64,000 bases of DNA, from contig OX597821.1 in the NCBI GenBank assembly GCA_951406725.2, forward strand, positions 496,001-560,000, written 5' to 3'. Below are positions 43,712 to 56,840 of the stretch, one piece after another. The stretch's first letter is position 1. Each line of letters begins with the position of its first letter. A model generated the notes under the pieces. The model was not told the origin of the DNA and did no database searches. It saw only the letters and a program-made list of their open reading frames with translations. A program made the position numbers and the translations under genes. The stretch is from Octopus vulgaris. Its lineage: Eukaryota.

Positions 43712-44701
43712 TCATTGGTATGAGAAAAAGGTATGCTTTTTCCAGTGTGGGCATCTGAAAGAACTCTCCACAATCGAGTTTATTAGTCGGCCTCAAGCAA
43801 ACAGAATATGAAAGAGTTCGGAATTACATAGGGCACAGATTTTTTTGCCCTTATCAAACAGTAAAGACACCAATAATATTGACCATTCCAGCCTAAAAGT
43901 TGAATTCGCATTCTTCAAACGCCAGACTAATTTGCTTAGCCCAGTAGAGTGTTGTTTCTTTTTATCCCTAAACGTGGAAAAATGGTTCGATATTCTTGTG
44001 GCTAATTTAGATGATGTAGCGCCGATATAGAGGAAGACATCGGATCCAGCATAAACTCTGCACTGGTAAATGGCGTTTCTAATTTTGGAGTTATTTGATA
44101 AGAACCTTATTCTATTGGGATTAGTTTCCGATACTAATACAGCGTTCTTATTACTATGATGGTTGTAAAAACTACCGCTGGATTCGATACTATTCACCCC
44201 ATTATCATTACTATTTAAGGCAATATCACCTGCATATTCCCTGTTTCTGGGAATGCTGTGATTGATAATGTCCGTAAAACTACTGTTGTTAAAACCGCTG
44301 CTAATATTATTGTTGAGAATCCCTCTATTAATAACGAGGTCAGTGCTCTTATCCTTATTACTATTACTAACGCCAATGCTGGAATAAAGGCTGCTAATAT
44401 CTGTGCTACTTCTATTATTATTATTATTACTATATATTATGTTGGAATTTAACGGGGCAGAGTCTCTGGTCATGGGTGACAGGGCCTTATTTAGCAGCTT
44501 ATTGTTATGGGAGGCAATTATCTGTGAAAGATTTTTAGTATTTGAGAAAGCTATCCTTACTTTGTGCAAATTTATAGTGGAGTAAGATCTCGAATTACTG
44601 GGAAAATTTCTGGCAATGGCTTGGCAAAACTGCAACGGTAGGTTAGATCTCATTTGTTTACCAAAGGGAATCACAAACCAGATATAGTTTTTCCTGTTCT
44701 T
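43712..44701 (-). pseudogene. PLE C-terminal fragment: thumb (KNRKNYIWFVIPF...IIASHNNKLL) and GIY-YIG endonuclease
   Basis: AIYQCRV...LYIGAT...RISNH...CALCNSE; after an in-frame TGA (43793-43795) the frame continues GRLINSIVESSFRCPHWKK to a stop at 43712. Confidence 0.85.
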
Positions 44702-44762
44702 TTCCTCGTGAGCAGTCGTCGAAAAGCTTGTTGTGCATTTTGTTGGAGAATTAAGTTCCTGG

Positions 44763-44848
44763 ATTTTCCTGAAGAGAAAGCTGCATAATGGACTCCTTAT
44801 TCACTCGGAATTAGGGACTTTGCAGACTTCGAAACATATGTCGAAAAT
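44763..44848 (+). ncRNA. Minimal type I hammerhead ribozyme
   Basis: Stem I ATTTTC/GAAAAT, core CTGAAGA, long stem II (GAAAGCTGCA...TGCAGACTTC), GAAA, palindromic stem III ACATATGT, GUC cleavage after 44842. Confidence 0.85.
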
Positions 44849-45058
44849 AAAATAAAGGAATTTTGTTAAATCTTCGTTCAGCTCCATTCTTTCCTATACT
44901 TAATATATAAAACTTCAAATTTCGGCACTAAGGCACGGATTTTATGCCCTATGGTCGTAACTTCAACCGTGCTTTTTCTGTTGTGAGTTTGCTACCCAGG
45001 TATCGGTTATCTTTCGAATTATCTGTAATAAGATAATTCATTTGTCTACTTAAATAAT

Positions 45059-45369
45059 ACATATATATATACATATATATATACATACATATATATACAT
45101 ATATACATACATATATATATATACATACATACACATATATATATATACATACATAATATACATATATATATACATATACATATATATATGTATATATACA
45201 TACATATACATATATATACATATATATATATATATACATATACATACATACACATATATATATATATATACATACATATACATATATATATATACATACA
45301 TACATATACATATATATATATATACATACATACATATACATATATATATATATACATATATACATATAC

Positions 45370-45402
<33 letters not shown>

Positions 45403-45632
45403 CATACATATACATATATATACATACATATACATATATATATACATACATATACATATATATATACATACATATACATATATATATATACATATATATA
45501 CATATATATATATACACATATATACATACATATATATATATACATACATATATATATATACATACATATATATATATACATACATATATATATATACATA
45601 CATATATATATATATACAAACATATATATATG
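45059..45632. repeat. (TA)n/(TACA)n microsatellite
   Basis: Directly visible. Confidence 0.95.
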
Positions 45633-45634
45633 TA

Positions 45635-46100
45635 TACATTTAAACACAAGAGAAAACTACTTTTAACAGGGAATTTTTACCTGCTTGTGCTGGCCACTGG
45701 TAGGGAAATTTCTAAAAATATTCGCCATCCTATATTTTTTACGTATATATATATACATATATGTATGTATGTGTATGTATCTATATATATATATATATGT
45801 ATGTATATAACTATGTATATGTGTGTATGTATATATATATGTATGTATGTATATATGTATATATATATGTGTATGTATGTATACTCTCTTTTTCTTTTAC
45901 TCTTTTACTTGTTTCAGTCATTTGACTGCGGCCATGCTGGAGCACCGCCTTTAGTCGAGCAAATCGACCCCGGGACTTATTCTTTGTAAGCCCAGTACTT
46001 ATTCTATCGGTCTCTTTTGCCGAACCACTAAGTGACGGGGATATAAACACACCAGCATCGGTTGTCAAGCAATGCTAGGGGGACAAACACAGACACACAA

Positions 46101-46143
<43 letters not shown>

Positions 46144-46314
46144 CATATATACGACAGGCTTCTTTCAGTTTCCGTCTACCAAATCCACTCACAAGGCATT
46201 GGTCGGCCTGGGGCTATAGCAGAAGACACTTGCCCAAGATGCCACGCAGTGGGACTGAACCCGGAACCATGTGGTTGGTTAGCAAGCTACTTACCACACA
46301 GCCACACCTGCGCC

Positions 46315-46362
<48 letters not shown>

Positions 46363-46639
46363 TATACATACATACACATATATATACATACATACACATA
46401 TATACATATATACATACATATATATATATATATATACATACACACATATACATAGTTATATACATATATATACATACATACATGCACATATATATATACA
46501 TACATACATACATATATGTATATATATATACGTAAAAAATATAGGATGGCGAATATTTTTAGAAATTTTCCTACTAGTGGCCAGCACAAGCATGTAAAAA
46601 TTCCCTGTTAAAAGTAGTTTTCTCTTGTGTTTAAACGTA
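45635..46639. mobile_element. Foldback/MITE-like element with ~110-bp unique inverted arms
   Basis: 45635-45745 is the reverse complement of 46527-46639 with few mismatches; the symmetry extends into the internal microsatellite. Confidence 0.75.
45884..46314 (-). mobile_element. SINE family A, full length, nested in the foldback element
   Basis: Shares diagnostic variants with 60484-60887 (GGCATCTTGGG, TTCTGCTATAG, CCTAGCATTGC). Confidence 0.9.
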
Positions 46640-46747
46640 CACTATTTTATATTGAGTGTATATATATATGCATACACACACAAATACATACATTCATGTA
46701 TGTATGAGGGAGGTGGGTGCTGAAAAATTCCTGTATACCTATATATA

Positions 46748-47035
46748 TGTTGTAAAGTATACTAGCCATCTCAATATGGCTAACCACTAAGGGTGGGTGT
46801 TACTGTAGCTTTTAGCCCCAGGAGATCATCGTCTCCAGCTGGCTTTAGGCACACTTTCTGTGCCCTTATGGTATTTACAAAGGGAGGTCATCCCTCTCTC
46901 GTAAAACCTAAGTGATATGCACGGACTGCAGTTTCTAGGTATTTGCCTGTCTTCGGCATACGGCAATCACCGGTTTTCGATGAAGGGAGACCTGTTTGCA
47001 AATACTTATTGTTTTTCCACAACACTCCCCGCTCC
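46748..47035 (-). mobile_element. LTR-like segment (277 bp) with upstream polypurine tract
   Basis: TGTTGT...ACAACA inverted termini at 46748 and 47024; GGAGCGGGGAG immediately 5' of TG on the minus strand. Confidence 0.5.
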
Positions 47036-47394
47036 AATGGATGGTGCTGAGTTGTCAAACATTTAAACCAAATTTTCTCAAAACAACTTGTCTGACCGTC
47101 CCATAGGCCTCCCCTTTGAGAAACACGGATTTAACCTAAATTTGAGACACTAGCAAAAGAAGAAATATAGATAGACTTTTCTTCTATTCCGAAAAAAAAA
47201 ACGATTTCCCACGGCTTTATTGATCGCGTTCTCACCTGGAATCGATTTTTGTAATTTTTTCAAGACTTATACACACCCTGATACCGTCGGTATCTACATA
47301 TCAAATTTGAGTGCAAACGGATGGAGGATGTCCAAGATTCTAGAAGCTACACACACAGACAGACAGACAGACAGAATAGAATTTATATAAGAGA
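47036..47394 (-). mobile_element. Non-autonomous Helitron-like 5' portion
   Basis: Minus strand begins A|TCTCTTATATAAA followed by a (CTGT)n microsatellite, as in microsatellite-bearing Helitron-N families. Confidence 0.5.
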
Positions 47395-47449
47395 TATACA
47401 CATGCACATGGCAATCACACTGATGTTGATGGCACTCACAATGGCGATG

Positions 47450-47490
<41 letters not shown>

Positions 47491-47492
<2 letters not shown>

Positions 47493-47703
47493 TTTCAAAT
47501 TTTGGCTCAGGGCCAGCAATTTCGGCCGAGGGGTAAATCAATTACATCGACTCCAGTGCATTACTGGTACTTATTTTATTGACCCCAAAAGGATGAAAGG
47601 CTAAGTCGACCTCGGCGAAATTTGAACTCAGAATGTGAAAAACAGCTGAAATTCTGCTAAGCATTTAGTCAGATATACTAACGATTCTGCCAGCTCCCTA
47701 CCT
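47491..47703 (-). mobile_element. SINE family B
   Basis: Reverse complement of family B head and core; (AAT)n tract adjacent to its 3' end. Confidence 0.8.
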
Positions 47704-49485
47704 TAGTGATGACAGTAATAATGATGATGATGATGATGAAAATTATGTTTGTGCATGTCAGTGCCAATAACCACAGTTTAAAGATGACCGCTAATGACAA
47801 TGGTCAATGCTATGATGATGAAACAAGTACGACGACAATGATGAAGATGATGATACGTATATGACAATAATAGTGATGATATAACGATGTTATTAATAAT
47901 AACGAGGGCAATGTCATTGATTATAACGACGACGGTGATGGTACTAGAGATGATGAGAAGGAAAAGGTGGTGAGATGATGCTGCTGCTGATTATTATGGC
48001 ACATATCTGAATGAGGGAATGTGTGCAGCCAATGGTACAGTGTGCACAGTTAACCTGCTGCGTTGCTAACATCTGCATTTTGAAATGTGCAGCTGCAGTT
48101 CTGTGCCATCAGAGATTGCACCGAGATTAATGCGAGTAAAAAAAAATTACGGTTTAATAAGCAAACACTTCTTTGGTAGGAACACTAATTTATGTCGAGT
48201 GGTGCATGCGCATGTGTGTGTGTGAACAGATGTGCATGTTTTTGTGTGCATGTGCATGCATACAAATGGTAGTGGGTATAGATGTGTGGGTGTGCATGTT
48301 TATGTGTGTTTGAGTATATGTATGTGTGCGTGTGTATGTATATATATATATATAAGTACATATGCATATATACAAGTGTGTTTGTGTAGGTGTCAAGCAC
48401 TGTGGTGCATGTGTGTGTATGTATGTATATGTATGTGTGTGTGTATATATGGGTGTGTATGTATGCATACATATATATATACATACACATATATATTTAG
48501 GTATATACATGTGTATATATAAGTAGATATGCATATACACAAGTCTGCTTGTGTAGGTGTCAAGCACTGCTGTGCATGTGTGAGCGTGTGTGTGTGTATC
48601 CATATGTATATACACAATGATGCACTTACTGCATATGGGGAGAGAGAGAGAGAGAGAGAGGAAGAGTGAGAGGGAGGGAGGAGGGCTGCAGACAGGCAGA
48701 CATAACACAGACGAATTCCATAGATGTAGAAAGATGAATGAACGGAGTTGTGTGGAGGGCATTAAAATTTGATTATAATACACACAAACAAATATACACG
48801 CATACACATGTATGTGTAGGTACACATACATTGAAACACATACATTTATTTACATATACATACATAAATACTTACACACATATTTACATACCAATACACA
48901 GATATATATATATATATATAATATATCAATATATACACATGCATATATACATGTGATATATACATGTGTGTGTGTGTATACATAGATAAATATCCATGTG
49001 TATATATCAATGTATACACATATACATACACACACATATATGCATACACATTTGTATATATATATCAATATATACACACATATGTATATATGTGTATATG
49101 TATGTGAGTAAATATATATATATATATATACATATATATCATTATATAGACACACACACCTATATATACACACATACATACATACATGTATATATGCACG
49201 TGTTCATATATCAGTATATATACACATACATTCACACACACGTTTCTTTTTTCTTCTTTCAATACACATCTCTAAAGAATTTTTGCATTTCATCAATGTA
49301 TCCATGTGAAATATTACTGACAAGAATTCTCTCTGCATCAGATGGAATCTTTTGCCAAATATCACAATATCTGTGATTCCTGATCTTAGAGAGATATTTC
49401 TTCAAGATTTTTCAGTAATTCCAAAGTGTCCATTGTCTTGGAAACATCTCTGGTTTATTTTTATTTCTTCTTTTATATATATATA

Positions 49486-49526
<41 letters not shown>

Positions 49527-50301
49527 CTATGTTTTATCTCCTCAGCTACTTGTAATAGTATTAGTTGTATTGGTATTTTAGAATCTTTCACTGAGTCTGT
49601 GATTCTGCAGTAATTTGCATGTATATGTGGCTAGGTGCAGACGTGGCTCTGTGGGTAGGTATTTGCTTTGAAATTACATGGTCCTGGGTTCAGTCCCACT
49701 AGGTGGCACCTTGGGGAAGTGTTTTCTACTATAGCTCTGGACTAACTAAAGTCTTACGAGTGGACTCGGTAGATGAAAACTGAAAGAAGCCTGTTGTATA
49801 TGTGAGGATAAAAATGGATAAAGATCTTTCCCGAGTCATATAGACTCATAAGGCTGGTTTCCTAGTTCCATGGCACATACATTCTCCACTGGATAGGAAG
49901 CTAGTCTGTTGCAGGATCACTCCTTTTTGCCAGCTGAATGGATTGGAGCTACATAAAATGAAGTGTGTTGCTCAAGAACATGTCACCCAGTCTCAGAATC
50001 GAAACCACAACCTTACGATCATGAGTTCAACCCCTAACAACTATGCCGTTCACCTCTACCCATCCACCACACATGTGTATGTGTCTTACTGTCTCCTTGC
50101 TGTCACATCGTGCGATAGTTGTCAATGAGTGTCATTGTGTTGTCCTACCTTTCTAATCTTCTGTGAAAACATGCCTGGCCATGGAGAAGTATTATCTTAC
50201 CTGGAAACAGGTGAGGTCTGGTGACAGGAAGGGCAACTAGACATAGAGCATCTACTTCAACAAATTCCATCTGACTCATGCGAGCATATATAAATGGATG
50301 T

Positions 50302-50515
50302 TCTTTTCTACTCTAGGTACAAGACCCGAAATTTTGGGGGAGGGGGCCAGTCGATTAGATTGACCCCAGTACACAACTGGTACTTAAATTTATCAACCCT
50401 GAAAGGATAAAAGGAAAAGTCGACCATGGTGAAATTTGAACTCAGAACATAAAGACAGATGAAATATGCCAAACATTTCACCCAGCATGCTAATGTTTCT
50501 GCCAGATCGCTGCCT
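50302..50515 (-). mobile_element. SINE family B
   Basis: As 47491-47703. Confidence 0.8.
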
Positions 50516-50807
50516 TATAAATAAGTAGATATTAAAACAACAATGATGATGAGTAATTTTGTTTAAATAACCAAGTACGTACTTAATGTAGCAACATTTT
50601 TTCCCCAGAACACAGTTCTCAATAGAGTTGGTGCTTTGGAATTATTTCTTCTTCTGTATAAACTACATGAGCTGCCCACCTCAGTCTGTTTGGTTGCAAG
50701 TGAGCTACTAAGCTTACATTTGCTAACCCCAAGTTATACAGAAAATCTCTCAAAGGCACTTTTGTGGAAAACACTTTAATTGTCTAACATATTTTGAATA
50801 TAATATA

Positions 50808-51171
50808 GGCGAAGGAATGGCTGTGTGGTAAGTAGCTTGCTTACGAACTACATGGTTCTGGGTTCAGTCCCACTGCGTGATACCTTGGGCACGTGTCTTC
50901 TACTATAGCCTCAGGCTGACCAAAGACTTGTGAGTGGATTTGGTAGACGGAAACTGAAAGAAGCCCATCGTATATATATATATATATATATATATGTCTG
51001 TGTCTGTCCCTCTAACATCGCTTGACAACCGATGCCGATGTGTTTATGTCCCTGTAAATTAGCGGTTCAGCAAAAAGAGGCCGATAGAATAAGTACTAGG
51101 CTTGCAAAGAATAGGTCCTGGGGTTGATTTGCTCGACTAAAGGCAGTCAAATGACTGAAACAAATAAAAGA
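50808..51171 (+). mobile_element. SINE family A
   Basis: Head to tail, small 3' deletion. Confidence 0.85.
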
Positions 51172-51338
51172 ATTATGTCCATGTTTCATAGCCATACAAC
51201 AAAACACACCAAATGTCTTAAATATAGATATTTTCGCATTAATGGCTCTATGGTTAAGAAGTCTGCTTCTCAACCATGTGGTTTTGGGTTCAGTCCCACT
51301 GCATGTCATTTTGGATAAATGTTTATTACTGACTCAGG

Positions 51339-51579
51339 CTGAAGGCAAGGATTACGACAACATTCACCATCTTAAACAAGGAGACCGTCCAGAAGAGCTG
51401 CAGGAGATTCTGAAGTTGTCTGGAGCTGATGGTTGAAGCCGATGGCAATTTTTATGAATAAATTTACTCTTTAGTATTTCAAGATATATTTTTATGTAAT
51501 TTTAGTAAATATACCTGTTAAAATATGATAGTGTTATTTTCATTTTTGCAAAATTTAGACGACAATATATTCACCACAC

Positions 51580-51583
<4 letters not shown>
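51339..51583 (+). mobile_element. Tc1/mariner 3' remnant
   Basis: Translates LKARITTTFTILNKETVQKSCRRF*SCLELMVEADGNFYE*, like Tc1/mariner transposase C-termini; ends in TIR-like CACCACACTCTG followed by TA. Confidence 0.7.
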
Positions 51584-51618
<35 letters not shown>

Positions 51619-52555
51619 CCATCTTACCCATGCCAGCATGGAAAATGGATGTATGATAAGGATGGATGAATATATATATATATATATATATATAGTAAAT
51701 CTGCATGCAGATCATGCTATCTACCTTTCAATCTAGCTATATATCTATCTGTCAACCCCTGTTTCTGTCTCTCCATTATCAATCTATGTAGATTACTGAA
51801 CGGTGTATCTATGTGCGTAATTGCATTCATGTCTGCATGCACGATTGTGCATCCATATGCCTGTGTGCATATACATGCACTGTATGCTTGCTGACTCACA
51901 GACAGTAATGCAGCCGAGAGACACTTTGAAATGCAACTAAGTGCATTTTCTGCCATTCACGTGCAGGCATAAACATTCCTTTTGCAATTAAATTCCTCAG
52001 CATATTTTACTGAGTGGTGGTGGTGGTGGTGGTGGTGGTGGTGGCAGAGATGCAGGGTGTCCTAGTTGTGGAGGTGGTAGAGCCGCTTGTAGTGACTGAT
52101 GACGGTGGGGGCGATGACAGTGGTAGGTGGTTGTGGAGGTGTAAATGGTGGTGGTGGTGGTGGTGGTGATAGATTTTCTAGTGATAGTAGTTGTAAAGGT
52201 GTTGGTGGTAGTAGTAGTAGCAGTGGTGGTATTATTAATTGTAATATTAGTTATATTGATAGCAGCAGTCATAGCAGTATAAGTAAAGGTGGTTGTAGTA
52301 GAAAGCAAGTAATGGCAGATGAATTATATTTATCATTATTATTATTATTATTAGTAGTAGTAGTAGTAGTAGCAGAGCCAATAGTAGTAATGGTGGTGGT
52401 GGTACTATGAGCTCTCATCTTATTACCTGGGTTCAACGTACTCTGCACCACTTTATCTAATGTGTCCTTCACTTTTGAAACAATATGGTATTATTTGAGG
52501 GGTATTTGACTGTTATTTCTCACAGGTGCAGTGACCTCATTAATTAATGTGTCAC

Positions 52556-53345
52556 TGCAGTGGTAGTAATAGTTTAGTGGTAAAGCAGTGGTACTAGTAG
52601 CAGTAATAGTAGTAGTAGTTTAGTGGTAAAGCAGTGGTACTAGTAGCAGTAATAGTAGTAGTAGTAGTTTAGTGGTAAAGCAGTGGTACTAGTAGCAGTA
52701 ATAGTAGTAGTAGTTTAGTGGTAAAGCAGTGGTACTAGTAGCAGTAATAGTAGTAGTAGTAGTTTAGTGGTAAAGCAGTGGTACTAGTAGCAGTAATAGT
52801 AGTAGTAGTTTAGTGGTAAAGCAGTGGTACTAGTAGCAGTAATAGTAGTAGTAGTAGTTTAGTGGTAAAGCAGTGGTACTAGTAGCAGTAATAGTAGTAG
52901 TAGTTTAGTGGTAAAGCAGTGGTACTAGTAGCAGTAATAGTAGTAGTAGTAGTTTAGTGGTAAAGCAGTGGTACTAGTAGCAGTAATAGTAGTAGTAGTT
53001 TAGTGGTAAAGCAGTGGTACTAGTAGCAGTAATAGTAGTAGTAGTAGTTTAGTGGTAAAGCAGTGGTACTAGTAGCAGTAATAGTAGTAGTAGTTTAGTG
53101 GTAAAGCAGTGGTACTAGTAGCAGTAATAGTAGTAGTAGTAGGTGGTAGAGTGGTACTAGTAGCAAATAGTAGCAGTGGTAAAGCAGTGGTACTAGTAGC
53201 AGTAATAGTAGTAGTAGTAGTTTAGTGGTAAAGCAGTGGTACTAGTAGCAGTAATAGTAGTAGTAGTTTAGTGGTAAAGCAGTGGTACTAGTAGCAGTAA
53301 TAGTAGTAGTAGTAGTTTAGTGGTAAAGCAGTAGTACTAGTAGTA
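52556..53345. repeat. Minisatellite with alternating 46/49-bp units (95-bp higher-order repeat)
   Basis: TTTAGTGGTAAAGC anchors at 52573, 52619, 52668, 52714, 52763, 52809, 52858, 52904, 52953, 52999, 53048 and 53094. Confidence 0.95.
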
Positions 53346-54144
53346 GTAGAAGTGGTGGTGGTGGTGGTGGTAGTAATAATAGCAGTGGTGGTGGCTGTGG
53401 TGATGATGGTGGAGGTGGATGTGGTGATACTATGAGTGGTGTTAGTAGTAGTGGTAGTAATGGTGGCAGTTGTGTGTGTGTGTATGTGTGAGGATGTGTG
53501 TGTGTGTGAGGATATGTGTGTGAGAATGTGTGTGTGTGTATGTGTGTGAGTGAGGATGTGTGTATGAGGATGTGTGTGTGTGAGGATGTGTGTATGAGGA
53601 TGTGTGTGTGTGAGGATGTGTGTGTGTGAAGATGTGTGTGTGTGCAAGGATATGTGTATGTGTGTGGGTGTGTGGGTGTGGCTGGGTGCACACGTGTGCA
53701 TGCTTGAGAACGAGAATGCATTTGCCTGTGCGTGCATGTCAGCGTATGTTTATGTGGGTGAAAAATGTATGTGCACCAATGTGCACCAATGTGTATGTGC
53801 CTGTGTGTGTTGTTTATGCCTGTTTTTGTATGTGTGTGTGTGTGTATGTAAGCATATCAGTCTGTGTGTATGTGTGTGTATGTATGCATGTCAATCTATG
53901 TGCATTGGCGTGTATCTATGTGTGTTGGCATATTGATGTATGCATGTGTGTGTGTATGTGAGTCGGTGTATGCATATATATGCATTAGTCTATGTGTGTA
54001 TGTTTTTATGTGCGTTGCTGTGTGCATGTATGTGTTGGTGAATGCATGTGCACCAGTGAATTTGTGTACATGTGTGTGTGTATGCACATCAGTGCATGTG
54101 TTGGCTTATGTGTGCATGTATCCATGTTAGTCCAGGTGTGTTCA

Positions 54145-54183
<39 letters not shown>

Positions 54184-54279
54184 CTGTGTGTCTGTCTTGT
54201 GCAGTAAATATAATCTGGTTTAATATTTTACAGAACCTGCCATTTACAGTTGCCTTAAAGTTTTCAAGAAAACGTGTAT

Positions 54280-54310
<31 letters not shown>

Positions 54311-54467
54311 GAGAGGCATACACACACATGTACACACATGCCTGCATGCGCACACACACACACACACACACATTCATAGATGGAAGTATGCGTGCTAACA
54401 GATACACACAAAAACATGCATGTGACTATGAAAAGTTTCAAACAATCCCACACATTCATATACACAC

Positions 54468-54520
<53 letters not shown>

Positions 54521-55603
54521 TACATACATGTGTGTATGCACCTATGTGTACATGCCTATACAAAGTTGCCATCCTTACGACATAGATACACAGGAGTATA
54601 TATATATATATATATATACACACACATACACTCACACATATCTACACACACATTTGTGTGTATGTGTGTATGCACACATAGCTATATATGTGTATACAAA
54701 AAGTTTCCATCTCAATCCCATCCACATATATACACAAGTGTGTGTACATACAAACACACACACATGTGACATGTAACGTCTATAGTTGTACTAAATATAT
54801 ACCTGCATGCACACACATACACACAGTCTTATATACACACACACCACTGTGCATGTGCATGCTTGCCTAGTCTCTTATGAATGCATACTCAAATATGCAA
54901 AACGAAATGCATACATGCATACATGTGCACTCCCTTGCTCACGTGATCTTAAGCAGATGTGTATGTGTATATGTTTATATATATATATATGCACACATGC
55001 ACATGTGTAAGCATATGCATACTTGCATATTTATGGAAACACCACTTATAGAATGTGCACCAGTGTGCATGTGCATGCTTGCCTAGTCTCTTATGAATGC
55101 ATACTCAAATATGCAAAACGAAATGCACACATGCATACATTTGCACATATACACATATGTGCAGAATTAAAACACCAACAACAAATTCTTAACCCCCACC
55201 CACATTCCTGAAGTAAATAAATAAAATACACAAAAAGAAGAAGAAAATAACTAAAAATTGCCATGGAAACGGAAAAAAATTAATAATTTACAATGTAAAA
55301 GAAAAGGGAGAAATATATAGGATAAAAATTATAGTAGAAAACCAGAAAATTATATTTCTTAAAAGTGATTTGGTAAAAAGCAATTATTTCCGTGTCTCAG
55401 GTAATTGTAGAATTACTTTGAAGGTTGTTTTAGTGGGGAATGGCGAATGGGGAATGTTTGTCAATAGATTCAGTTAACTATCAAGCCATCTGTCTGTCCG
55501 CTGTTCTTCTATTTCTTCAGATCTTCTTTACATGTCTCCTTTGGCCGGGAACTTTTTGCCTACTAAATGTGTGTGTGTGCGTATGTGTGTGTATATATAT
55601 ATA

Positions 55604-56141
<538 letters not shown>

Positions 56142-56489
56142 GCGCAGATGTGACTGTGAGGTAAGTAGCTTGCTTCCCAACCTCATGGTTCTGCACATGT
56201 GTATTCTACTATAGCCTTGGACTGACCAAAGGCTTGTGAGGGAATCTGGTAGAGGGAAACTGAAAGAAGCCTGCTGTGTCACTGTCCTTTACACTCATTA
56301 TTCCCAGCAGCATTTTGCTGTTGATGCCACCAAAATGAACAGAAAATTATCATTAAAAAGCGTGAGATTGTTATGATTTTTAGAAGGAAAGACTATGTCA
56401 ACGTCTCAAGTGTGAAACTTCCATTCATCCTTTTGTCATCCTTCTGTGCCAGGTTTTAATCTTACATATACATATATCTAGTACAAGAT

Positions 56490-56840
56490 CACCTCCAATG
56501 CCCCCTGCCCTCTCAAAGGATCTATGTCTTCTAAGTTACTTGGTGACCCTGTCAGTGCTGGTGTCACGTAAAAAGCATCCAGTCCACGCTGTAAAGTGGT
56601 TGGTATTTGGAAGGGCATCCAGTTGTAAAAAAACTGACCTCATCTGCCAAAACTGACCACATCTGTGCTGGTTCCGCATAAAAAAAGCACTTGGGTCACT
56701 CTACAGTGTGGTTGGTGTTAGGAAGGGTATCCAACCATGCAAAACAGACATAGAATTCTAGTGCAGTCCTCTGCCTGGCCAGCTCCTGTCAAACTGTCCA
56801 ACCCATGCCAGTATGGAAGGCAGACATTTAATGATGATGA
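56490..56840 (+). mobile_element. SINE family C with internal duplication
   Basis: GTGGTTGGT...GGAAGGG(C/T)ATCCA occurs twice; (GAT)n tail. Confidence 0.65.

Larger units (their letters stand above)
43116..45058 (-). mobile_element. Penelope-like element, 5'-truncated, with inverted pseudo-LTR arm
   Basis: RT thumb plus GIY-YIG ORF; inverted arms 43116-43199 and 44703-44909; hammerhead in the right arm; both ends in (TA)n tracts. Confidence 0.88.

Noticed and set aside
52556-53345. CRISPR-like periodicity
   Set aside because: No unique spacers, no cas genes, eukaryotic context; it is a tandem repeat.
54844-55140. ~85-bp direct duplication 216 bp apart (similar pair at 48.35-48.6 kb)
   Set aside because: Local duplication in microsatellite-rich DNA; no TG...CA ends or internal features of an LTR element.
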